This document shows positions 56,082-64,000 of a stretch of 64,000 nt of DNA, piece after piece; the first letter of the stretch is position 1; each line of letters begins with the position of its first letter. The stretch is from Polaromonas sp. GTDB lineage: Bacteria; Pseudomonadota; Gammaproteobacteria; Burkholderiales; Burkholderiaceae_C. Location: positions 15,638-79,637 of the forward strand of contig JAIPCZ010000003.1 in NCBI GenBank assembly GCA_021737975.1, in the 5' to 3' direction. The notes below the pieces were generated by a model. The model ran no database searches. It saw only the letters and a program-made list of their open reading frames with translations, and was not told the origin of the DNA. The translations under genes were made by a program, and so were the position numbers.

Positions 56082-57302
56082 ATGGACAGCACCCCACATT
56101 TCCCCATTTACATGGACTACAGCGCCACCAACCCCTGTGATCAGCGGGTGGTGGACGCCATGATTCCCTGGCTCAGAAGCCATTTCGGCAACCCGGCGTC
56201 GCGCAGCCACGCCTGGGGCTGGGAGGCCGAAGCCGCCGTCGAGAACGCCCGTGAGCAGGTGGCCGCCCTGATTGGCGCCGACCCGCGCGAGATCGTCTGG
56301 ACCTCCGGCGCGACCGAGTCCAACAACCTGGCCATCAAGGGCGCTGCGCACTTTTACCAGTCCAAGGGCAAACACATCATCACGGTCAAGACCGAGCACA
56401 AGGCGGTGCTTGACACCTGCCGCGAACTGGAGCGCCAGGGCTTCGAGGTGACCTACCTCGACGTGTTGTCAGACGGCCTGGTCGACCTCGATGCCTTCAA
56501 GGCCGCGATTCGCCCCGACACCATTTTGGCCAGCGTGATGTACGTCAACAATGAAATCGGCGTGATCCAGGACGTGGCGGCCATTGGCGCCATTTGCCGT
56601 GAAAAGGGCGTGGTGTTCCATGTGGATGCGGCCCAGGCCACCGGCCGTGTGGCCTTTGACATCAGCAAAATGCCGATCGACCTGATGAGCCTGACCGCCC
56701 ACAAGACCTACGGCCCCAAGGGTGTGGGCGCCTTGTTCGTGCGCCGCAAACCCCGTATCCGTCTGGAAGCCCAGATGCACGGCGGCGGTCACGAGCGCGG
56801 CATGCGCTCGGGCACGCTGCCCACCCACCAAATCGTGGGCATGGGTGAGGCCTACCGCATCGCCAAGGAAGAAATGGCGGTGGAGTTGCCCAAGATCCAG
56901 GCGCTGCACGACCGCATGATTGCCGGCCTGCAAGGCGTGGAGCAGGTGTTTATCAACGGTCACCTGACGCAGCGCGTGCCGCACAACTTGAACATGAGCT
57001 TCAACTATGTCGAGGGCGAGTCCCTGATCATGGGTATCAAGGGCCTGGCAGTGTCAAGCGGCTCGGCCTGCACCTCGGCCTCGCTGGAGCCCAGCTATGT
57101 GCTGCGCGCCCTCGGCCGCAGCGACGAGTTGGCACACAGCAGCCTGCGCATGACCATTGGCCGCTGGACCACCGAAGAAGAAATTGACTACGCCGTGGCC
57201 ACCATCAAGGAAAACGTGGCCCGCCTGCGCGAGCTCAGCCCGCTGTGGGACATGTACAAAGACGGTATCGATATCAGCACCATTCAATGGGCTGCCCATT
57301 AA
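56082..57302 (+). CDS. iscS: Cysteine desulfurase
   Basis: [34 protein letters not shown]. Confidence 0.97.
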   Translation: MDSTPHFPIYMDYSATNPCDQRVVDAMIPWLRSHFGNPASRSHAWGWEAEAAVENAREQVAALIGADPREIVWTSGATESNNLAIKGAAHFYQSKGKHIITVKTEHKAVLDTCRELERQGFEVTYLDVLSDGLVDLDAFKAAIRPDTILASVMYVNNEIGVIQDVAAIGAICREKGVVFHVDAAQATGRVAFDISKMPIDLMSLTAHKTYGPKGVGALFVRRKPRIRLEAQMHGGGHERGMRSGTLPTHQIVGMGEAYRIAKEEMAVELPKIQALHDRMIAGLQGVEQVFINGHLTQRVPHNLNMSFNYVEGESLIMGIKGLAVSSGSACTSASLEPSYVLRALGRSDELAHSSLRMTIGRWTTEEEIDYAVATIKENVARLRELSPLWDMYKDGIDISTIQWAAH

Positions 57303-57315
57303 AGGAGAAATCAAA

Positions 57316-57714
57316 ATGGCATATTCAGAAAAAGTTGTAGATCACTACGAAAACCCCCGCAATGTGGGCTCTTTTGACAAGGGCGATGACTCGGTGGGCA
57401 CCGGCATGGTCGGCGCGCCGGCTTGTGGCGACGTCATGAAGTTGCAGATCAAGGTCAACCCCGAAACTGGCGTGATCGAGGATGCGCGCTTCAAGACCTA
57501 CGGCTGCGGCTCGGCCATTGCCTCGTCTTCGCTCGTCACCGAGTGGGTCAAGGGCAAGACCCTGGATCAGGCGGCTGCGCTAAAAAACAGCGAGATTGCT
57601 GAAGAACTGGCCTTGCCACCTGTCAAAATCCATTGTTCTATTTTGGCTGAAGACGCCATCAAGGCGGCTGTCAACGACTACCGTCAAAAACACGCCGAAG
57701 CGCAATCCGCATAA
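57316..57714 (+). CDS. iscU: Fe-S scaffold protein
   Basis: [25 protein letters not shown]. Confidence 0.97.
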   Translation: MAYSEKVVDHYENPRNVGSFDKGDDSVGTGMVGAPACGDVMKLQIKVNPETGVIEDARFKTYGCGSAIASSSLVTEWVKGKTLDQAAALKNSEIAEELALPPVKIHCSILAEDAIKAAVNDYRQKHAEAQSA

Positions 57715-57734
57715 ACAAACCCTACGAATTCATC

Positions 57735-58058
57735 ATGGCTGTGACGCTGACTGAAGCCGCCTCCCGGCACATCACCCGCTACCTGACCAAACGCGGTCAG
57801 GGTGTGGGTGTGCGGCTGGGTGTCAAAACGACCGGGTGTTCCGGCATGGCCTACAAGCTGGAGTACGTCGACGAGATCGGCCCTGAAGACATGGTGTTCG
57901 AGGGCTTCGGCGTCAAGGTGCTGGTGGACCCCAAGAGCTTTGCCTACCTGGATGGCACCGAACTCGACTTTGTTCGCGAAGGGCTCAACGAGGGCTTCAA
58001 GTTCAACAACCCGAAAGAACGTGACCGCTGCGGCTGTGGTGAATCGTTTCGCGTGTGA
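57735..58058 (+). CDS. iscA: Fe-S carrier protein
   Basis: TTGCSG, CGCGESF. Confidence 0.96.
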   Translation: MAVTLTEAASRHITRYLTKRGQGVGVRLGVKTTGCSGMAYKLEYVDEIGPEDMVFEGFGVKVLVDPKSFAYLDGTELDFVREGLNEGFKFNNPKERDRCGCGESFRV

Positions 58059-58573
58059 ATCTCCAATCTGACGACTTTGAACTGTTCGGCCTGGAACGGC
58101 GTTTCAAGCAGGACCGGCCGGACCTGGACGCTCGCTGGAAAGACCTGCAGCGCCAGGCCCACCCCGACAAGTTCAGCGCCCAGGGCGCTGCTGCCCAGCG
58201 TGTCGCCATGCAGTGGTCGGTGCGCATCAACGAGGCTTACCAGCGCCTGAAAAACCCGCTCAAACGTGCCGCCTACCTGTGCGAATTACACGGCGCGGCG
58301 GTCAATGCCGAGAACAACACCGCCATGCCGGCATCCTTCCTGATGCAGCAAATGCAGTGGCGCGAAGAACTGGACGAGGCGCAGTCCGCCCAAGACTTGG
58401 AGCAGATCGGCCAGCAATGCCGCCAGGCCGAGCGCGACGTACTTCTTAAAATAGAGCAGTTGCTGGACCAGTCGCATGACTACGCGGCCGCCGTGGCGCA
58501 GGTCAGGGCGCTGATGTTTATTGAGCGCTTTGCCTCGGACGTCAACGACCGGCTGGACCAGATCGAAACTTGA
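58055..58573 (+). CDS. hscB: Co-chaperone HscB
   Basis: J-domain [20 protein letters not shown]. Confidence 0.95.
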   Translation: MNLQSDDFELFGLERRFKQDRPDLDARWKDLQRQAHPDKFSAQGAAAQRVAMQWSVRINEAYQRLKNPLKRAAYLCELHGAAVNAENNTAMPASFLMQQMQWREELDEAQSAQDLEQIGQQCRQAERDVLLKIEQLLDQSHDYAAAVAQVRALMFIERFASDVNDRLDQIET

Positions 58574-58586
58574 CACACCACCCCTC

Positions 58587-60443
58587 ATGGCTTTACTTCA
58601 AATCTCCGAACCCGGGCAAACGCCCAACCCGCACGAGCGGCGTATTGCCATCGGCATCGACCTGGGCACCACGCATTCGCTGGTGGCCAGCGTGCGCCAT
58701 GGCGTGGCCGAATGCCTGCCCGATGCCCAGGGCAGGGTGATCTTGCCGTCGGTGGTGCGCTACCTCGCAGGCGGTGGCCGTCAGATCGGCGACGAGGCCG
58801 TGACCGGTGGTGTCGGCGACCCCGAAAACACCATTGCCTCGGTCAAGCGCTTCATGGGCCGCAGCCTCAAGGACGTGGCGCTGGCCGCCAAGCTGCCCTA
58901 CCATTTTGTCGACCACCCCGGCATGCTGGGCCTGCAAACCGTGCAGGGCGAAAAGTCCCCCGTGGAAGTGAGCGCCGACATCCTGGCGACACTGCGCTAC
59001 CGTGCCGAAGACACCTTCAACGCCGACCTGTATGGCGCGGTCATCACGGTGCCGGCCTACTTCGACGATGCCCAGCGTCAGGCTACCAAGGACGCGGCTC
59101 AACTGGCCGGCCTGAACGTGCTGCGCCTGATCAACGAGCCCACCGCAGCAGCCATCGCCTACGGCCTGGACAACGCCAGCGAGGGCGTTTATGCGATCTA
59201 CGACCTGGGCGGCGGCACCTTTGACATCTCGATTCTCAAACTCACCCAGGGCGTGTTCGAGGTGGTGGCCACCGGCGGTGACTCGGCGCTGGGCGGCGAC
59301 GACTACGACCATGCGCTCAGCGACTGGGTGCTGGCGCAAACCGGCGCCACGGCGGCCAACGCCACCGACAAAGCAGCCCTGAAGGCCGCGGCGCGTGCCT
59401 GCAAGGAGGCCTTGACGGACGCCTCTGCAGCCACTTTCCGTGCTGAATTGACGAGCGCTGAACTCGTCCTGGATGTCACCCGCGCCGACTTCGAAACTGC
59501 TACGCAGGTCCTGACCGCGCGCACCCTGCAAGCCGTGCGCAAGGCACTGCGCGACGCCAAGCTGGCGGCAGAAGAAATCAAGGGTGTGGTGATGGTGGGC
59601 GGCTCCACCCGCATGCCGCAAATTCAGCAGACAGTGAATGCCTTTTTTGACCAGGCACCGCTCACCAACCTTAACCCCGACGAGGTCGTGGCGCTGGGCG
59701 CGGCCATCCAGGCGAACCAGCTGGCCGGCAACAACCCGGGCGGCGACTTGCTGCTGCTCGACGTGATTCCGCTGTCCTTGGGTATCGAGACCATGGGCGG
59801 TCTGGTGGAGCGCATCGTGCTGCGCAACGAGACTATTCCCACCGCCAAGGCGCAGGACTTCACCACCTACATCGACGGCCAGACCGCGCTGGCACTGCAT
59901 GTGGTGCAGGGTGAGCGCGATTTGGTGGCCGACTGCCGCAGCCTGGCGCGCTTCGAGCTTCGCGGCATTCCGCCCATGGTGGCCGGTGCGGCGCGTATTC
60001 GTGTCACCTTTACCGTCGATGCCGACGGCCTGTTGAGCGTGTCGGCGCGCGAGCAGGGCAGTGGTGTCGAGGCGCAAATTGCCGTCAAACCCTCCTACGG
60101 CCTGGCCGATGACCAGATTGCTCGGATGCTGCAGGAAAGCTTCACCACCGCCGAGGCCGATATGCAGGCCCGCGCCGTGACCGAGGCGCGAGTGGACGCC
60201 GACCGCATGATTCTGGCCACCGTGAGCGCGCTCGATGCCGATGGTGACTTGCTCGACGACACCCAGCGCGCCGACATCGACCGGCTGATGCAGGCGGTGC
60301 AGGGCGCCCGCACGCTAGAAGACGCCAAAGCCATCGAAGCCATCACGCTGCAGTTGGCCAAGGGCACCGAAGCTTTTGCGGCGCTGCGCATGAACCGTGG
60401 CATCCAGAAGGCCTTGTCCGGCAAAAATATTGCAACAATATAA
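58587..60443 (+). CDS. hscA: Fe-S chaperone HscA
   Basis: [37 protein letters not shown]. Confidence 0.96.
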   Translation: MALLQISEPGQTPNPHERRIAIGIDLGTTHSLVASVRHGVAECLPDAQGRVILPSVVRYLAGGGRQIGDEAVTGGVGDPENTIASVKRFMGRSLKDVALAAKLPYHFVDHPGMLGLQTVQGEKSPVEVSADILATLRYRAEDTFNADLYGAVITVPAYFDDAQRQATKDAAQLAGLNVLRLINEPTAAAIAYGLDNASEGVYAIYDLGGGTFDISILKLTQGVFEVVATGGDSALGGDDYDHALSDWVLAQTGATAANATDKAALKAAARACKEALTDASAATFRAELTSAELVLDVTRADFETATQVLTARTLQAVRKALRDAKLAAEEIKGVVMVGGSTRMPQIQQTVNAFFDQAPLTNLNPDEVVALGAAIQANQLAGNNPGGDLLLLDVIPLSLGIETMGGLVERIVLRNETIPTAKAQDFTTYIDGQTALALHVVQGERDLVADCRSLARFELRGIPPMVAGAARIRVTFTVDADGLLSVSAREQGSGVEAQIAVKPSYGLADDQIARMLQESFTTAEADMQARAVTEARVDADRMILATVSALDADGDLLDDTQRADIDRLMQAVQGARTLEDAKAIEAITLQLAKGTEAFAALRMNRGIQKALSGKNIATI

Positions 60444-60452
60444 AAACTTTGC

Positions 60453-60490
60453 GGGTCAGACCTCTTTGCGCAGCAAACGTGTTCTGACCC
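60453..60490. repeat. GGGTCAGA...TCTGACCC palindromic (REP-like) element within the isc operon
   Basis: 8-bp outer inverted repeat with inner TTTGC/GCAAA stem. Confidence 0.55.
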
Positions 60491-60508
60491 CAACCAATTA
60501 AGTCGATC

Positions 60509-60847
60509 ATGCCCATCATAAAAATCCTGCCCCACGCCGAATACTGCCCCCAGGGCACCGAGATTTCCGCCCCGACCGGCACCTCCATTTGCGAAGCCCT
60601 GCTGGACAACCACATCAACATCGAGCACGCCTGCGAAATGAGCTGCGCCTGCACCACCTGCCATGTGATCGTGCGTGAAGGCTTCGAGTCGCTGGCGCCG
60701 TCTGAAGAAGACGAGGACGACCTGCTGGACCAGGCCTGGGGTCTGCAGCCCAACTCGCGTCTGAGCTGCCAGGCCATTCTGGCGCAGAAAAACCTGGTGA
60801 TCGAGATCCCCAAGTACTCGATCAACCACGCCAAGGAAAACCACTGA
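60509..60847 (+). CDS. fdx: ISC-system 2Fe-2S ferredoxin
   Basis: HACEMSCACTTCH, RLSCQ, PKYSINHA. Confidence 0.95.
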   Translation: MPIIKILPHAEYCPQGTEISAPTGTSICEALLDNHINIEHACEMSCACTTCHVIVREGFESLAPSEEDEDDLLDQAWGLQPNSRLSCQAILAQKNLVIEIPKYSINHAKENH

Positions 60848-60859
60848 TACCGTAAAACC

Positions 60860-61588
60860 ATGCGTCAAATTTTCCTGGACACCGAAACTACAGGCCTGTC
60901 AGCCGACAACGGCGACCGCATCATCGAGATCGGCTGCGTCGAAATGCTGCACCGCAAGCTGACCGGCAACAACCGCCACTTCTACGTCAACCCGGGCCGT
61001 GACAGCCACGAGGAGGCGCTCAAGGTGCACGGCATCACCAGTGACTTTCTCAAGGACAAGCCCAAGTTCGCAGAAGTCGCCCAGGACCTGCTGGACTACC
61101 TGAAAGACGCGCATGTCGTCATTCACAACGCGCCGTTCGACCTGGGCTTTTTGAACATGGAACTGGCGCTCATCAAACAGCTGCCGGTAAAAAGTGTGGT
61201 GGCCAGCGTCACCGACACGCTGGTCATGGCCAAGGAGCTGTTTCCCGGCAAGCGCAACTCGCTCGACGCGCTGTGTGACCGCCTCGAGGTGGACAACTCG
61301 GGCCGCACGCTGCACGGCGCGCTGCTCGATGCCGAGCTGCTGGCCGACATGTACATCAACCTCACGCGTGGCCAGGACGCCCTGCTCATGGACGAGGCGC
61401 CGACCACCGATGCCAATGGCGCCCGTGTCGCGGCGCTGGATTTGAGCCAGTTTGCGCTGCCCGTGATCCGCGCCAACGAGCAGGAATTGGCGGCGCACGA
61501 AGACGTGTTGAAGCAGATTGACGAGTCCAGCAAAGTCAAGACAATTTGGCGCAAGATCGAGCAGAAAATGCCAGATACTGTGGCATAA
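60860..61588 (+). CDS. dnaQ: DNA polymerase III epsilon subunit
   Basis: LDTETTG, HNAPFD, HGALLDAELLA. Confidence 0.96.
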   Translation: MRQIFLDTETTGLSADNGDRIIEIGCVEMLHRKLTGNNRHFYVNPGRDSHEEALKVHGITSDFLKDKPKFAEVAQDLLDYLKDAHVVIHNAPFDLGFLNMELALIKQLPVKSVVASVTDTLVMAKELFPGKRNSLDALCDRLEVDNSGRTLHGALLDAELLADMYINLTRGQDALLMDEAPTTDANGARVAALDLSQFALPVIRANEQELAAHEDVLKQIDESSKVKTIWRKIEQKMPDTVA

Positions 61589-61613
61589 TTTGCCTCTTTC
61601 CTGGAAAGGGAAA

Positions 61614-61688
61614 GGGCGGTTAGCTCAGGGGTAGAGCACTGCATTCACACTGCAGGGGTCACAAGTTCGAAACTTGTACTGCCCACCA
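61614..61688 (+). tRNA. tRNA-Val (anticodon CAC)
   Basis: GGGCGGTTAGCTCAG start, anticodon stem CTGCA/TGCAG with loop TTCACAC, GTTCGAA T-loop, CCA end. Confidence 0.95.
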
Positions 61689-61705
61689 AAATTTGGTGTT
61701 CTTCG

Positions 61706-61743
61706 AAAAGTCCGTAAGTCCTTGTTACTTCGGGCTTTTTTTT
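61706..61743 (+). terminator. Intrinsic terminator after tRNA
   Basis: AAAAGTCCG...CGGGCTTTT stem followed by a T-run. Confidence 0.6.
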
Positions 61744-61946
61744 CGCCTGTCGGTCAGGGTCCCTCCCGTAAGGTCCCACCTGTTCCCGTGAAAAACGCCC
61801 CGTTTGGGGTTTCTGCTCCATGGCTTGTAGCGGTTTTGTGATCTATTAATGGATCAATTGGCACTGGACTTTGTGAGCAAACCATGGAAAAATGGTTCAT
61901 TAATGTTGCATTAGGCAATGTTGAGACTTGTTAATGAGTCATTCCA

Positions 61947-62285
61947 ATGGTTAAGCCCATCTCGCGTCCCTATTCCCAGTACAGCTTGAGTGCGCTTGAG
62001 CTGTTGGGTCAGCTTGTGCGCGAGGCGCGTCTGAACAAAGCGTTGACCACCACAGACTTAGCTGCGCGCGCAGGTATCTCGCGTGCCTTGCTTCAACGGA
62101 TTGAGCGGGGAGACCCAGGTTGCTCTATCGGAGCCGTGTTCGAAGTGGCCACCATCTGTGGTGTACCTCTGTTCGACCAAGAGCAGCGACAGTTGACCAC
62201 CCATTTGGCAATGCATCGAGAAAAAATGGCCCTATTGCCCAAAGCTGTCCGCGTCCGCATAAAAGGAGTGAAAGATGACTTCTGA
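61947..62285 (+). CDS. XRE/HipB-like HTH antitoxin
   Basis: LAARAGISRALLQRIERGDPG helix-turn-helix; overlaps the hipA start. Confidence 0.88.
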   Translation: MVKPISRPYSQYSLSALELLGQLVREARLNKALTTTDLAARAGISRALLQRIERGDPGCSIGAVFEVATICGVPLFDQEQRQLTTHLAMHREKMALLPKAVRVRIKGVKDDF

Positions 62286-63564
62286 TGCCAACCCCATGTA
62301 CTCAGAGGCTTACGTCTGGGTTTGGTTGCCAGATGCAGCAGAACCCGTTGTCGCAGGCTTGATCACCAAGCAAGGTCCGCAGTTGGTGTTCAACTATGGC
62401 CGCAGCTATCTTGCTCGCCCGGATGCCATTTCCTTGTATTCCCCAGAACTACCGCTTCAGCCGGGCAGTATCCCCCTTATCCCCGGCTTGAGCATGCCAA
62501 GTTGCCTTCGCGATGCATCGCCAGACGCTTGGGGGCGTCGCGTCCTGATCAATCAAAAATTTGGGGCAAAAGGTGCAGACGCTGCCGATATTGAACTCGA
62601 TGAGTTGGCCTATCTGCTTGAGTCTGGCTCAGACAGGATCGGGGCATTGGATTTTCAGCGATCACCTGGTCAATATGTGCCGAGGCAGACGCAGCAAGCT
62701 TCGCTGGAAGAATTACTCACGGCTGCTGAAAAAGTAGAGCAAGGCATTCCGCTCTCGCCCGAGGTAGACCAGGCTTTTCTGCACGGGACTTCCTTGGGCG
62801 GTGCTCGTCCCAAAGTGTTGCTTAACGATGGCAACCGAAAGTTAATCGCCAAGTTTTCCGCAAGTAATGATCTCTACAGTGTGGTGAAGGCTGAATTTAT
62901 TGCTATGCGCTTGGCACGAAAGGCGGGTCTGGACGTTGCGACCGTGCAGTTGCGCTCGGCGATGGGGAAAGATGTGTTGCTCATTGAGCGCTTTGACCGA
63001 GTTCGGCATGAAAACCATTGGTGCAGGCGTTCCATGGTGTCTGCGTTAACCATGTTCGAGCTGGACGAAATGATGGCAGCTTATGCCAGCTATGAAAAGC
63101 TCGCGGAGATCATTCGTCATCGGTTCGTCAAGTCAACGGCCACTTTGCGTGAGCTGTTCTCCCGTATTGTCTTCAACATTCTGTGTGGAAATACCGACGA
63201 TCACGCACGAAACCACGCAGCGTTCTGGGATGGTCATCAGTTGGCTTTAACGCCTGCCTACGACATTTGCCCGCAATCACGCGCCGGTCAGCAGGCTTCG
63301 CAGGCCATGCTCATCAACGACGGTGATCGCAGCAGTCAGATGGCCACCTGCATTGCGGCAGCGCCCTCGTTTCTTCTCGGGAGGGAGGATGCGATTTCCA
63401 TCGTTAACCATCAAGTCAGCATAATCGAAAAAGAATGGCGGTCCGTCTGTGATGAAGCGAATCTAAACGAAGTGGATCGAACTTTGTTTTGGCGGCGGCA
63501 GTTCTTGAACCCATTCGCCTTCCTGAATGCGCCAGATGGAGTGCTGGCACCGACAGTGGATTAA
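62275..63564 (+). CDS. hipA: HipA-family Ser/Thr kinase toxin
   Basis: PDAWGRR, SDRIGAL, GTSLGGARPK P-loop, ERFDR, NTDDHARN catalytic motif, LTPAYD. Confidence 0.9.
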   Translation: MTSDANPMYSEAYVWVWLPDAAEPVVAGLITKQGPQLVFNYGRSYLARPDAISLYSPELPLQPGSIPLIPGLSMPSCLRDASPDAWGRRVLINQKFGAKGADAADIELDELAYLLESGSDRIGALDFQRSPGQYVPRQTQQASLEELLTAAEKVEQGIPLSPEVDQAFLHGTSLGGARPKVLLNDGNRKLIAKFSASNDLYSVVKAEFIAMRLARKAGLDVATVQLRSAMGKDVLLIERFDRVRHENHWCRRSMVSALTMFELDEMMAAYASYEKLAEIIRHRFVKSTATLRELFSRIVFNILCGNTDDHARNHAAFWDGHQLALTPAYDICPQSRAGQQASQAMLINDGDRSSQMATCIAAAPSFLLGREDAISIVNHQVSIIEKEWRSVCDEANLNEVDRTLFWRRQFLNPFAFLNAPDGVLAPTVD

Positions 63565-63675
63565 TACCAGGTGGCCATCCCAGGGCGCGGTTGCCATCGT
63601 CAGCTTGTCAGCTTTGACACTGCCACCGGCAAGACACATAATTTTGTTGAAATCTTCAACAACTAAAAACTCGCT

Positions 63676-63909
63676 ATGCCTACCGTTAATTTCAGCGTGC
63701 CTGAAGACATCAAAAATGCCTTCAATATTGCCTTTGAAGGCCAAAACAAAAGCGCCGTCATTGCCGACCTGATGCGCGAAGGCGTAGAACGCGCGCAAAG
63801 CCGCCAGCGCGGCCAAGATGCCTATCAGCGAATCTTGGCGTGCAGGAAAAACGCCCCCCGCATCACCGAAGAACAGTTTCGTGCGGCACGTGAAGAAGGC
63901 CGACCGTGA
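63676..63909 (+). CDS. Ribbon-helix-helix (CopG-like) antitoxin
   Basis: MPTVNFSVPEDIK.AF...NKSAVIA.LM; ends REEGRP with GTGA overlap into the PIN gene. Confidence 0.78.
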   Translation: MPTVNFSVPEDIKNAFNIAFEGQNKSAVIADLMREGVERAQSRQRGQDAYQRILACRKNAPRITEEQFRAAREEGRP

Positions 63910-64000
63910 TCGTGGTGCTGGATGCGAGTGTTGCCATCAAATAGCCTTTGCGCGGTAGCCCGGATGAACAACACACAGACCTGGCTTTGCGCTTGCTGGA
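63906..64000 (+). pseudogene. VapC/PIN toxin with premature amber stop (runs off window)
   Basis: MIVVLDASVAIK*PLRGSPDEQHTDLALRLL; TAG at 63942-63944 where PIN proteins usually have W (DASVAxKW). Confidence 0.72.

Larger units (their letters stand above)
61689..64000. mobile_element. Probable edge of a tRNA-anchored genomic island (no integrase visible in window)
   Basis: Visible shift to lower GC and A/T-ending codons right after the tRNA 3' end; only toxin-antitoxin genes follow. Confidence 0.55.

Noticed and set aside
60847-60860. No iscX after fdx, with dnaQ following directly
   Set aside because: iscX is dispensable and variably present; not unusual enough to report.

Overview
A high-GC betaproteobacterial chromosome segment. 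Gene content and order look like Comamonadaceae, possibly Rhodoferax-like (inference). From left to right: (1) a glyoxylate/glycerate operon (gcl-hyi-glxR-glycerate kinase) ending in a doubly deleted pyruvate kinase pseudogene; (2) metY, CBS protein, aroC, trhP, arfB, YhgE and rbgA; (3) phasin with candidate PhaR sites and a downstream GTCTCCTC-type sRNA; (4) lutA-lutC-lutB, bamC-dapA, parE and parC; (5) a complete 4-hydroxybenzoate/protocatechuate 4,5-cleavage cluster (LysR, ligU, TRAP, pobA, ligJ, hemerythrin, ligK, DUF1932, ligI, ligABC); (6) an accessory patch with tryptophanase and ipdC; (7) dusC, uvrB, the isc operon and dnaQ; (8) tRNA-Val(CAC), followed by a lower-GC island edge with hipBA-like genes and a vapBC-like pair whose toxin has an amber stop. 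The most striking unexplained signal is in the 449-bp parE-parC spacer. It holds two long, divergently oriented hairpins with largely different stems but an identical 19-nt apical core. All of their stem mismatches become G-U/G-T wobbles on the strand that presents the same loop, which suggests a structured single-strand element. All calls come from reading the sequence and the ORF track; no searches were run.
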